Assembly: GCF_003018255.1 (NCBI RefSeq)
Contig: NZ_CP027440.1
Direction: 5' to 3' (one strand)
From: Escherichia coli
GTDB lineage: Bacteria > Pseudomonadota > Gammaproteobacteria > Enterobacterales > Enterobacteriaceae
DNA: 64,000 nt
How positions within the stretch are numbered: position 1 is the stretch's first letter; each line of letters starts with the position of its first letter. Made by a program: the position numbers and the translations under genes. This document shows positions 35,681-45,502 of this stretch, in pieces. Below the pieces are notes generated by a model that ran no database searches, was not told the origin of the DNA, and saw nothing but the letters and a program-made list of their open reading frames with translations.

Positions 35681-36559
35681 ATGTTTGATTTTGCTTCTTA
35701 CCATCGCGCAGCAACCCTTGCCGATGCCATCAACCTGCTGGCTGACAACCCGCAGGCCAAACTGCTCGCCGGTGGCACTGACGTACTGATTCAGCTCCAC
35801 CATCACAATGACCGTTATCGCCATATTGTTGATATTCATAATCTGGCGGAGCTGCGGGGAATTACGCTGGCGGAAGATGGCTCACTACGTATCGGCTCTG
35901 CAACGACATTTACCCAGCTCATTGAAGATCCTGTAACTCAACGTCATCTCCCGGCGTTATGTGCTGCGGCCTCATCCATTGCCGGACCGCAGATCCGTAA
36001 CGTCGCTACCTACGGTGGAAATATTTGCAACGGTGCCACCAGCGCAGATTCTGCCACGCCAACGCTAATTTATGACGCGAAACTGGAGATCCACTCCCCG
36101 CGCGGTGTTCGTTTCGTCCCGATTAATGGCTTTCACACCGGGCCGGGCAAAGTGTCTCTTGAGCATGACGAAATCCTTGTCGCCTTTCATTTTCCGCCCC
36201 AGCCGAAAGAACACGCGGGCAGCGCGCATTTTAAATATGCCATGCGCGACGCAATGGATATTTCAACGATTGGCTGCGCCGCACATTGCCAACTGGATAA
36301 CGGCAATTTCAGCGAATTACGCCTGGCATTTGGTGTTGCCGCGCCAACGCCAATTCGCTGCCAACATGCCGAACAGACTGCACAAAATGCGCCATTAAAC
36401 CTGCAAACGCTGGAAGCCATCAGCGAATCAGTCCTGCAAGATGTCGCCCCGCGTTCGTCATGGCGGGCCAGTAAAGAGTTTCGTCTGCATCTCATCCAGA
36501 CGATGACCAAAAAAGTGATTAGCGAAGCCGTCGCCGCGGCGGGGGGAAAATTGCAATGA
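35681..36559 (+). CDS. xdhB: Xanthine dehydrogenase, FAD-binding subunit
   Basis: 292 aa; FAD-binding motif [12 protein letters not shown]; overlaps xdhC by 4 nt. Confidence 0.92.
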   Translation: MFDFASYHRAATLADAINLLADNPQAKLLAGGTDVLIQLHHHNDRYRHIVDIHNLAELRGITLAEDGSLRIGSATTFTQLIEDPVTQRHLPALCAAASSIAGPQIRNVATYGGNICNGATSADSATPTLIYDAKLEIHSPRGVRFVPINGFHTGPGKVSLEHDEILVAFHFPPQPKEHAGSAHFKYAMRDAMDISTIGCAAHCQLDNGNFSELRLAFGVAAPTPIRCQHAEQTAQNAPLNLQTLEAISESVLQDVAPRSSWRASKEFRLHLIQTMTKKVISEAVAAAGGKLQ

Positions 36560-37035
36560 ATCACAGCGAAACAATTACCATCGAATGCACCATTAACGGG
36601 ATACCTTTTCAGCTTCACGCCGCACCAGGCACGCCGCTCTCGGAATTACTCCGCGAACAAGGACTGCTAAGTGTCAAACAAGGGTGCTGCGTGGGTGAAT
36701 GTGGTGCCTGTACGGTGCTGGTCGACGGCACAGCAATAGACAGTTGCTTATACCTTGCCGCCTGGGCTGAAGGAAAAGAGATCCGCACGCTGGAAGGTGA
36801 AGCGAAAGGCGGAAAACTTTCTCATGTTCAGCAGGCTTATGCGAAATCCGGCGCAGTGCAGTGCGGGTTTTGTACGCCGGGCCTGATTATGGCTACCACG
36901 GCAATGCTGGCGAAACCACGCGAGAAGCCATTAACCATTACGGAAATTCGTCGTGGACTGGCGGGAAATCTTTGTCGCTGCACGGGGTATCAGATGATTG
37001 TAAATACAGTTCTGGATTGCGAGAAAACGAAGTAA
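36556..37035 (+). CDS. xdhC: Xanthine dehydrogenase, 2x[2Fe-2S] subunit
   Basis: 159 aa with cysteine motifs [19 protein letters not shown] and NLCRCTGY. Confidence 0.92.
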   Translation: MNHSETITIECTINGIPFQLHAAPGTPLSELLREQGLLSVKQGCCVGECGACTVLVDGTAIDSCLYLAAWAEGKEIRTLEGEAKGGKLSHVQQAYAKSGAVQCGFCTPGLIMATTAMLAKPREKPLTITEIRRGLAGNLCRCTGYQMIVNTVLDCEKTK

Positions 37036-37041
37036 AAGGAT

Positions 37042-37065
37042 ATCCGGCCTGAATTCAGGCCGGAT
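37042..37065. terminator. Bidirectional terminator palindrome between convergent xdhC and ygeV
   Basis: Perfect 24-nt palindrome ATCCGGCCTGAATTCAGGCCGGAT. Confidence 0.55.
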
Positions 37066-37074
37066 TCACTGAGG

Positions 37075-38853
37075 TTATGTGTTTAACAACTCATATTTCT
37101 TAATCTTGCGATAGAGCGTAGCAATGCCGATGCCCAGTTCATCAGCAACTTCCTTCTTGCTGTTATGACGTGAAAGCGCCTCGCGGATCATTTGCTTTTC
37201 CATCTCCTCCAGCGCCGTGCCGCCCGCATCATCGAGTGCCAGGTGCGCCTCACTGACCTCTGTTACATCACTTTGCTCCGTTGTGCCATTATTCAGCAGA
37301 TTTGGCGGCAATAGCGTGCTGTCGATAACTTCACCTGAAGGAACCACGTTAACCAGATATTCCATCAAATTGCTTAACTCGCGCAGGTTTCCGGGCCAAC
37401 GATGCTTACGCAATATTTCGACGACATCGGGAGCAATGCCCGGATAAACCGATCCCAGACGACGGGTATGCAGATGTAAAAAGTAATGCACCAGTAGTTC
37501 AATATCTTCCTGACGTTCACGCAGCGGTGGCAGAGTTATCGGGATAACATTAAGTCGGTAGAAGAGATCTTCGCGGAATTTACCTTCGGAAATGAACTGG
37601 GCCAAATTCTGGTTAGTTGCAGAAATGATGCGAATGTCGACTTGTATTGGGCTACTGGCACCAATCGGCAGAATTTCACGTGCCTCAATAGCGCGCAGTA
37701 ATTTAGCCTGCAACATTAATGGCATATCACCTATTTCATCGAGAAACAGCGTGCCCGTATTCGCCGCCTGAATCAACCCTGTTTTACCGTTGGCAGAAGC
37801 GCCAGTAAATGCGCCTTTAACATAACCGAACAGTTCGCTCTCCAGAAGCTGCTCCGGAATCGCGGCACAGTTGATAGCAATAAAAGGTTTATTCCGTCTT
37901 CCGCTCAACTTATGGATTGCACGGGCGACGACTTCTTTACCCGTGCCGCTTTCGCCAACCACCATAACGCTGGATGGGCTGGGTGCAATACGGCTAATGA
38001 GTCGTTTTAATTGCCGCATAACACGGCACTCGCCAACCAATTGTTCAATATGCGGTTCATCAGGTGCATTTGCTACAGAAAAACTGGTATGCGATTGGTG
38101 AAACGCCATTAAAAATAATTGTCGGCCCTGAATGTTATGCAATTGACCAATGATTAATTCACTTTTATCGTCCCACGAAACAATATGCTGCATATGTCCA
38201 TGGGTAAAATTACTCTCAAATGTTAATGGTCTGAAACGAACAGGTTTCCCAATAATATTATTTTGCACAACACCGAGTGTTTTTAAGGCAGTCTGATTAA
38301 CAAACTGAACCCGATTTTCGTCATCAACAACTAAAACGCCCTGATCCATATTATCGATCATGGTCGCGAATATTTTACTGATGTTATCTCCTGGCCCCTG
38401 ATCCTCCAGAAGTTTCGAAACAAAAATGGTGGATATATGGCGAACGTAATCAGAAAATTCGCGTAAATTATCACTGATATGTTCTTGTTGCTCGTGGGTA
38501 ACGGCAATCAAACTTATCACCCCAACACAACGATCCTGTAAAATGACAGGCGTACCCAGAAATGCTTTTTCGCGGCAATTTTCTTTACTATCGCAACCTT
38601 CACAAAGGGGATCGAAGCGAGACTGTGTCACAACTTTTTCAGTTTTCGTTTCCAGGACGTGGCGGAGCAGGCGTGAGTTGCCGCTCAACTGGCGACCAAG
38701 AAACTTCCCATACGCGCCCGTTCCGGCGACGCGACACAAGTTTTCATCAACGATCTCAACCTCAAGCTGCAAAACGCTGGCAAGCATTCTGGCAAAACGC
38801 TGAATTGTCGGTTGAATTTGCATCAATACTGACTGCGTAGTAGCAAGCTCCAT
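37075..38853 (-). CDS. ygeV: Sigma-54-dependent transcriptional activator (bacterial enhancer-binding protein)
   Basis: 592 aa; AAA+ Walker A GESGTGKE, the sigma-54 contact motif GAFTGA, C-terminal HTH, N-terminal sensory domain. Confidence 0.92.
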   Translation of the reverse strand: MELATTQSVLMQIQPTIQRFARMLASVLQLEVEIVDENLCRVAGTGAYGKFLGRQLSGNSRLLRHVLETKTEKVVTQSRFDPLCEGCDSKENCREKAFLGTPVILQDRCVGVISLIAVTHEQQEHISDNLREFSDYVRHISTIFVSKLLEDQGPGDNISKIFATMIDNMDQGVLVVDDENRVQFVNQTALKTLGVVQNNIIGKPVRFRPLTFESNFTHGHMQHIVSWDDKSELIIGQLHNIQGRQLFLMAFHQSHTSFSVANAPDEPHIEQLVGECRVMRQLKRLISRIAPSPSSVMVVGESGTGKEVVARAIHKLSGRRNKPFIAINCAAIPEQLLESELFGYVKGAFTGASANGKTGLIQAANTGTLFLDEIGDMPLMLQAKLLRAIEAREILPIGASSPIQVDIRIISATNQNLAQFISEGKFREDLFYRLNVIPITLPPLRERQEDIELLVHYFLHLHTRRLGSVYPGIAPDVVEILRKHRWPGNLRELSNLMEYLVNVVPSGEVIDSTLLPPNLLNNGTTEQSDVTEVSEAHLALDDAGGTALEEMEKQMIREALSRHNSKKEVADELGIGIATLYRKIKKYELLNT

Positions 38854-39222
38854 AGCTTTACCTTCCAGACTTACTTAAAAGTCGATCATTGAAGACGTTG
38901 ATGGTTCATAGATCATGATGATATTAACTCAGGCGAAATTGGCTTTGATAAAAACATAAGATTTTTATCACTTTCTAATGAAATTATGGAAGAGATATCA
39001 CATTTCTATATCAATATGAGAATTACGGCGGTGAGTTTATCAAACTGAAGAGAGATCGCCTGTCCCTTTATCTTATTTCTGATACTTAGCAGCAAATAAA
39101 TAACGCGATAAAAAAAGCCAAACGTTTTCGTATTTTACAAACAACCAGAAGCTGGCATCAATTTGTGATCAACCCCACACATTATCCGTCAAATTAGTCT
39201 TTTGCAGCCCCGTGGATAATTC

Positions 39223-39237
39223 TGGCACACTTATTGT
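39223..39237 (+). promoter_or_regulatory. Candidate sigma-54 promoter upstream of ygeW (weak -12 element)
   Basis: TGGCAC-ACTTA-TTGT has the correct -24 element and spacing but GT instead of GC at -12; about 92 bp upstream of ygeW. Confidence 0.3.
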
Positions 39238-39328
39238 TAGTCCCAGGTATAGCTGTGAAAACACCAATCACGTTGGCAAGTCACAGTGAAATAAACCACT
39301 TTGCCTGTCATTCCACTACCGGGACTTT

Positions 39329-40519
39329 ATGATGAAAACTGTTAATGAGCTGATTAAGGATATCAATTCGCTGACCTCTCACCTTCACGAGAAAGATTTT
39401 TTGTTAACGTGGGAACAGACGCCAGATGAACTGAAACAAGTACTGGACGTTGCCGCAGCATTAAAAGCACTGCGTGCTGAAAACATCTCAACCAAAGTCT
39501 TTAATAGTGGATTAGGTATTTCCGTATTCCGCGACAACTCCACCCGTACCCGCTTCTCTTATGCTTCCGCGCTTAACCTGCTCGGCCTTGCACAGCAAGA
39601 TCTCGACGAAGGCAAATCACAAATCGCTCACGGCGAAACCGTGCGTGAAACCGCCAATATGATCTCCTTCTGCGCCGACGCTATTGGTATTCGCGACGAT
39701 ATGTATCTGGGCGCAGGCAACGCCTATATGCGTGAAGTTGGCGCTGCACTTGATGACGGTTACAAGCAGGGTGTGCTGCCGCAACGTCCGGCTTTAGTGA
39801 ACCTGCAATGCGATATTGACCACCCGACTCAGTCAATGGCTGACCTGGCATGGTTACGTGAACACTTTGGTTCACTGGAAAACCTGAAAGGTAAAAAAAT
39901 CGCCATGACCTGGGCCTACTCCCCAAGCTATGGCAAACCGCTCTCTGTACCACAAGGCATCATCGGTCTGATGACTCGCTTCGGTATGGATGTCACCCTG
40001 GCCCATCCGGAAGGCTACGACCTGATCCCGGATGTCGTTGAAGTCGCTAAAAACAATGCTAAAGCCTCCGGCGGTAGCTTCCGTCAGGTCACCAGCATGG
40101 AAGAAGCCTTCAAAGACGCAGACATCGTTTATCCGAAGTCATGGGCACCTTACAAAGTGATGGAAGAGCGTACTGAATTGCTGCGTGCGAACGATCACGA
40201 AGGCTTAAAAGCACTGGAAAAACAGTGTCTGGCACAGAACGCGCAACACAAAGACTGGCATTGTACTGAAGAGATGATGGAACTGACCCGTGATGGCGAA
40301 GCCCTGTACATGCACTGCCTGCCAGCTGATATCAGCGGCGTATCCTGCAAAGAAGGTGAAGTGACTGAAGGCGTATTCGAAAAATACCGTATCGCTACCT
40401 ACAAAGAAGCCAGCTGGAAGCCTTATATCATCGCCGCGATGATCCTGTCCCGTAAATACGCCAAACCAGGTGCACTGCTCGAGCAACTGCTGAAAGAAGC
40501 GCAAGAACGCGTGAAATAA
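39329..40519 (+). CDS. ygeW: Carbamoyltransferase (OTC/ATC superfamily, non-canonical substrate)
   Basis: 396 aa with the carbamoyl-phosphate-binding STRTR motif (FRDNSTRTRFSYA). Confidence 0.9.
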   Translation: MMKTVNELIKDINSLTSHLHEKDFLLTWEQTPDELKQVLDVAAALKALRAENISTKVFNSGLGISVFRDNSTRTRFSYASALNLLGLAQQDLDEGKSQIAHGETVRETANMISFCADAIGIRDDMYLGAGNAYMREVGAALDDGYKQGVLPQRPALVNLQCDIDHPTQSMADLAWLREHFGSLENLKGKKIAMTWAYSPSYGKPLSVPQGIIGLMTRFGMDVTLAHPEGYDLIPDVVEVAKNNAKASGGSFRQVTSMEEAFKDADIVYPKSWAPYKVMEERTELLRANDHEGLKALEKQCLAQNAQHKDWHCTEEMMELTRDGEALYMHCLPADISGVSCKEGEVTEGVFEKYRIATYKEASWKPYIIAAMILSRKYAKPGALLEQLLKEAQERVK

Positions 40520-40576
40520 CCCCTCGGGCCGATCAGCTGGTCGGCCCTCTATTTCCAGAGGCCAAAAGGATAGGAT

Positions 40577-41773
40577 ATGTCCGTTTTCTCATTGAAGATT
40601 GATATCGCCGATAACAAATTTTTCAACGGCGAAACATCACCGCTTTTTTCGCAAAGCCAGGCAAAACTGGCACGCCAGTTCCACCAGAAAATTGCTGGTT
40701 ATCACCCAACACCGCTTTGTGCGCTGGACGATCTCGCAAACCTGTTTGGTGTAAAGAAAATTCTCGTCAAAGACGAATCAAAACGATTCGGTCTGAACGC
40801 CTTCAAAATGCTTGGCGGTGCGTACGCCATCGCTCAATTATTGTGTGAAAAATATCATCTTGATATCGAAACGCTGTCATTTGAGCACCTGAAAAATGCC
40901 ATCGGCGAAAAAATGACTTTCGCGACTACCACCGACGGCAACCACGGGCGCGGTGTGGCATGGGCAGCACAGCAACTCGGACAGAATGCGGTGATTTACA
41001 TGCCGAAAGGTTCTGCTCAGGAACGCGTTGACGCCATTCTAAACCTCGGTGCCGAGTGCATCGTCACGGATATGAACTATGACGATACCGTTCGCCTGAC
41101 CATGCAACACGCGCAGCAGCACGGCTGGGAAGTGGTACAGGACACGGCATGGGAAGGTTACACCAAAATCCCAACCTGGATCATGCAAGGCTACGCAACA
41201 CTGGCGGATGAAGCCGTCGAGCAAATGCGTGAAATGGGCGTCACCCCGACACACGTTCTGCTGCAAGCCGGTGTCGGTGCAATGGCCGGTGGTGTGCTGG
41301 GTTATCTGGTCGACGTCTATAGCCCGCAAAATCTGCACAGCATTATTGTTGAACCTGACAAAGCTGACTGTATTTATCGCTCCGGCGTCAAAGGCGACAT
41401 CGTCAACGTTGGCGGTGATATGGCCACCATCATGGCGGGCCTGGCCTGCGGCGAACCTAACCCACTGGGCTGGGAAATCCTACGTAACTGCGCCACCCAA
41501 TTCATCTCCTGCCAGGACAGCGTTGCCGCATTAGGTATGCGCGTGCTGGGTAATCCGTATGGCAACGACCCGCGCATCATCTCCGGTGAATCCGGCGCTG
41601 TCGGTTTGGGCGTTCTCGCAGCGGTTCATTATCACCCGCAACGTCAAAGCCTGATGGAAAAACTGGCGCTGAACAAAGATGCCGTGGTGCTGGTTATCAG
41701 CACTGAAGGCGACACCGACGTGAAGCACTACCGCGAAGTTGTCTGGGAAGGCAAACACGCTGTAGCACCTTAA
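40577..41773 (+). CDS. ygeX: PLP-dependent diaminopropionate ammonia-lyase
   Basis: 398-aa ORF of the Trp-synthase-beta-like PLP enzyme fold, assigned by recognition and position. Confidence 0.88.
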   Translation: MSVFSLKIDIADNKFFNGETSPLFSQSQAKLARQFHQKIAGYHPTPLCALDDLANLFGVKKILVKDESKRFGLNAFKMLGGAYAIAQLLCEKYHLDIETLSFEHLKNAIGEKMTFATTTDGNHGRGVAWAAQQLGQNAVIYMPKGSAQERVDAILNLGAECIVTDMNYDDTVRLTMQHAQQHGWEVVQDTAWEGYTKIPTWIMQGYATLADEAVEQMREMGVTPTHVLLQAGVGAMAGGVLGYLVDVYSPQNLHSIIVEPDKADCIYRSGVKGDIVNVGGDMATIMAGLACGEPNPLGWEILRNCATQFISCQDSVAALGMRVLGNPYGNDPRIISGESGAVGLGVLAAVHYHPQRQSLMEKLALNKDAVVLVISTEGDTDVKHYREVVWEGKHAVAP

Positions 41774-41830
41774 TCACCCTATTGGAACTGCTCCCTGCAA
41801 AACGGGGAGTAAAAAATCTGGAGAAAAATA

Positions 41831-43042
41831 ATGGCTAAGAATATTCCATTCAAACTGATTCTTGAAAAAGCAAAAGATTACCAGGCAGACATGACTCGCT
41901 TCCTGCGCGATATGGTTGCTATTCCCAGTGAAAGCTGCGACGAGAAACGCGTAGTACATCGTATTAAAGAAGAGATGGAAAAAGTCGGCTTCGATAAAGT
42001 TGAAATCGACCCGATGGGCAACGTTCTCGGTTATATCGGCCACGGCCCGCGTCTGGTGGCAATGGACGCTCATATCGATACCGTCGGCATTGGCAACATC
42101 AAAAACTGGGACTTCGATCCGTACGAAGGCATGGAAACTGATGAGCTGATCGGTGGTCGCGGTACTTCCGACCAGGAAGGCGGCATGGCATCTATGGTTT
42201 ATGCCGGTAAAATCATTAAAGACCTCGGTCTGGAAGATGAATATACCCTGCTGGTTACCGGTACTGTGCAGGAAGAAGACTGCGACGGCCTGTGCTGGCA
42301 GTACATTATTGAACAATCCGGCATTCGCCCGGAATTTGTGGTCAGTACCGAACCAACCGACTGCCAGGTATACCGTGGTCAGCGCGGTCGTATGGAAATT
42401 CGTATTGATGTTCAGGGTGTGAGCTGCCACGGTTCTGCACCAGAACGCGGTGACAACGCCATTTTCAAAATGGGTCCGATTCTTGGCGAATTACAAGAAC
42501 TCTCCCAACGTCTGGGTTATGACGAATTCCTCGGCAAAGGCACCCTCACCGTTTCTGAAATCTTCTTCACATCCCCAAGCCGTTGCGCTGTAGCAGATAG
42601 CTGCGCCGTCTCTATTGACCGCCGTCTGACCTGGGGCGAAACCTGGGAAGGCGCGCTGGACGAAATCCGCGCCCTGCCTGCAGTACAGAAAGCTAACGCG
42701 GTTGTTTCTATGTACAACTACGACCGTCCGTCCTGGACTGGCCTGGTTTACCCAACCGAATGCTACTTCCCGACCTGGAAAGTGGAAGAAGATCACTTCA
42801 CCGTTAAAGCACTGGTGAATGCCTACGAAGGTCTGTTTGGCAAAGCGCCGGTTGTTGATAAGTGGACCTTCTCAACTAACGGCGTATCTATCATGGGCCG
42901 TCACGGCATTCCGGTGATCGGCTTTGGCCCGGGTAAAGAACCTGAAGCGCATGCACCTAACGAAAAAACCTGGAAATCTCACCTGGTGACCTGTGCCGCG
43001 ATGTACGCTGCAATCCCGTTAAGCTGGCTGGCAACCGAATAA
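41831..43042 (+). CDS. ygeY: M20-family metallopeptidase / deacylase (ArgE/DapE-like)
   Basis: 403-aa ORF of the M20 peptidase family, assigned by recognition and position. Confidence 0.88.
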
Positions 43043-43058
43043 TTACTCTTCACTTATT

Positions 43059-43084
43059 CCCCTCCGGTTCGCCGGAGGGTTTTT
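43059..43084 (+). terminator. Intra-cluster terminator or attenuator between ygeY and hyuA
   Basis: Hairpin CCCCTCCGG-ttcg-CCGGAGGG followed by TTTTT. Confidence 0.6.
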
Positions 43085-43094
43085 GGAGTTTGCT

Positions 43095-44480
43095 ATGCGC
43101 GTATTGATCAAAAACGGCACTGTCGTTAACGCAGATGGACAAGCCAAACAAGATTTGCTGATTGAGAGCGGGATTGTTCGCCAATTGGGCAGCAATATTT
43201 CGCCGCAGGTCCCGTATGAAGAAATTGATGCCACTGGCTGTTACGTTTTCCCTGGCGGCGTGGATGTCCATACGCATTTCAATATTGATGTCGGCATCGC
43301 GCGCAGTTGTGATGATTTTTTTACCGGTACCCGCGCAGCTGCGTGTGGCGGTACAACAACCATTATTGACCATATGGGATTTGGCCCGAATGGCTGCCGG
43401 TTACGCCATCAACTGGAAGTTTATCGCGGTTATGCCGCCCACAAAGCAGTCATCGACTACAGCTTTCACGGTGTCATTCAACATATCAATCACGCTATCC
43501 TCGACGAAATTCCGATGATGGTTGAGGAAGGACTGAGCAGTTTTAAACTCTATTTAACCTATCAATATAAACTCAACGATGATGAAGTGTTGCAGGCATT
43601 ACGCCGCTTGCATGAATCCGGCGCGCTGACCACCGTGCACCCGGAAAATGACGCAGCTATCGCCAGCAAGCGGGCGGAGTTTATCGCCGCAGGGTTAACC
43701 GCGCCGCGTTATCATGCCTTGAGTCGACCTCTGGAATGCGAAGCGGAAGCCATCGCCCGCATGATTAACCTGGCACAAATTGCCGGTAACGCCCCGCTCT
43801 ATATCGTGCACCTGTCTAACGGCTTAGGTCTGGATTATCTGCGTCTTGCCCGTGCGAATCACCAGCCAGTCTGGGTTGAAACCTGCCCACAATATCTCCT
43901 GTTGGACGAACGCAGTTACGATACAGAAGATGGCATGAAGTTCATTCTTAGCCCACCGCTGCGTAACGTACGCGAGCAGGACAAACTGTGGTGTGGCATC
44001 AGCGATGGTGCGATTGACGTGGTAGCGACCGATCACTGCACATTCTCGATGGCTCAACGCCTGCAAATTTCTAAAGGCGATTTCAGTCGCTGCCCAAATG
44101 GCTTACCCGGTGTGGAAAACCGCATGCAGTTACTGTTTTCCAGTGGCGTTATGACGGGACGTATAACACCGGAACGTTTTGTTGAATTAACCAGCGCGAT
44201 GCCCGCCAGGCTGTTTGGCCTGTGGCCGCAAAAAGGATTATTAGCGCCCGGTTCCGATGGCGACGTGGTGATTATCGACCCACGTCAGAGTCAACAAATT
44301 CAGCATCGCCATCTCCACGACAACGCCGACTACTCGCCATGGGAGGGTTTTACCTGTCAGGGCGCGATTGTCAGAACTTTATCCCGTGGTGAAACGATTT
44401 TCTGTGACGGCACCTTTACAGGCAAAGCCGGGCGAGGTCGTTTCCTGCGACGCAAACCGTTTGTCCCTCCCGTGCTCTAA
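43095..44480 (+). CDS. hyuA: D-phenylhydantoinase-type cyclic amidohydrolase
   Basis: Start MRVLIKNG gives 461 aa; amidohydrolase metal-binding motif GGVDVHTH. Confidence 0.9.
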   Translation: MRVLIKNGTVVNADGQAKQDLLIESGIVRQLGSNISPQVPYEEIDATGCYVFPGGVDVHTHFNIDVGIARSCDDFFTGTRAAACGGTTTIIDHMGFGPNGCRLRHQLEVYRGYAAHKAVIDYSFHGVIQHINHAILDEIPMMVEEGLSSFKLYLTYQYKLNDDEVLQALRRLHESGALTTVHPENDAAIASKRAEFIAAGLTAPRYHALSRPLECEAEAIARMINLAQIAGNAPLYIVHLSNGLGLDYLRLARANHQPVWVETCPQYLLLDERSYDTEDGMKFILSPPLRNVREQDKLWCGISDGAIDVVATDHCTFSMAQRLQISKGDFSRCPNGLPGVENRMQLLFSSGVMTGRITPERFVELTSAMPARLFGLWPQKGLLAPGSDGDVVIIDPRQSQQIQHRHLHDNADYSPWEGFTCQGAIVRTLSRGETIFCDGTFTGKAGRGRFLRRKPFVPPVL

Positions 44481-44527
44481 CCACTGCCAGGGATCTATAC
44501 ACAATCAAGAATGATGAGTGAGGAAAA

Positions 44528-45460
44528 ATGAGTAAGAAAATTGTTCTCGCCCTGGGCGGGAATGCGCTGGGCGATGACCTGGCCGGACAAATGAAAGCGG
44601 TAAAAATTACTTCTCAGGCAATTGTTGATTTAATTGCCCAGGGACATGAAGTTATCGTCACTCACGGTAACGGGCCACAGGTGGGCATGATTAACCAGGC
44701 CTTTGAAGCTGCCGCAAAAACTGAAGCGCACTCGCCAATGCTGCCGATGTCTGTCTGTGTTGCCTTAAGCCAGGGTTATATTGGTTACGATCTACAAAAC
44801 GCATTAAGAGAAGAACTGCTTTCTCGTGGCATTAATAAACCTGTAGCAACGCTGGTTACCCAGGTCGAAGTCGATGCTAACGACCCGGCATTCCTCAACC
44901 CGACCAAGCCGATCGGTTCGTTCTTTACCGAGCAGGAAGCAGAGCAACTGACAAAACAGGGTTACACTCTGAAAGAAGATGCTGGTCGCGGCTATCGCCG
45001 TGTTGTTGCCTCGCCGAAACCGGTTGATATTATTGAAAAAGAGACGGTAAAAGCGCTGGTAGAAGCAGGCCAGGTAGTGATCACCGTTGGCGGTGGTGGC
45101 ATTCCCGTTATTCGTGAAGGGAACCATCTGCGCGGTGCCAGTGCGGTTATCGATAAAGACTGGGCCAGCGCCCGTTTAGCAGAAATGATTGATGCCGATA
45201 TGCTGATCATTCTGACTGCGGTAGAAAAAGTGGCCATTAACTTCGGTAAAGAGAATGAACAGTGGCTCGATCGCCTGTCATTAAGTGATGCTGAACGCTT
45301 TATCGAAGAAGGTCATTTTGCGAAAGGTTCTATGCTGCCTAAAGTGGAAGCTGCCGCCTCGTTTGCTCGCTCTCGCGCAGGTCGTGAAGCACTGATTACC
45401 GTATTGAGCAAAGCGAAAGAAGGGATTGAAGGCAAAACCGGAACGGTGATTTGTCAGTAA
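44528..45460 (+). CDS. yqeA: Carbamate kinase-like protein
   Basis: 310 aa; amino-acid-kinase family N-terminus KIVLALGGNAL. Confidence 0.9.
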   Translation: MSKKIVLALGGNALGDDLAGQMKAVKITSQAIVDLIAQGHEVIVTHGNGPQVGMINQAFEAAAKTEAHSPMLPMSVCVALSQGYIGYDLQNALREELLSRGINKPVATLVTQVEVDANDPAFLNPTKPIGSFFTEQEAEQLTKQGYTLKEDAGRGYRRVVASPKPVDIIEKETVKALVEAGQVVITVGGGGIPVIREGNHLRGASAVIDKDWASARLAEMIDADMLIILTAVEKVAINFGKENEQWLDRLSLSDAERFIEEGHFAKGSMLPKVEAAASFARSRAGREALITVLSKAKEGIEGKTGTVICQ

Positions 45461-45466
45461 TTTAAA

Positions 45467-45502
45467 GGCCGGGTGGGTAATACCATCCGGCCATTTTCAT
45501 TT
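45467..45502. terminator. Bidirectional terminator between convergent yqeA and yqeB
   Basis: Hairpin GGCCGGGTGG ... CCATCCGGCC followed by ATTTTCATTT. Confidence 0.6.

Noticed and set aside
41774-41830. Possible sigma-54 element (TGGAAC...) upstream of ygeY
   Set aside because: No GC at the -12 position with correct spacing.
41774-42430. 218-aa ORF on the minus strand inside ygeY
   Set aside because: It is entirely antisense to a well-supported gene and has no start context or recognisable motifs; long antisense frames are common in GC-rich coding DNA.
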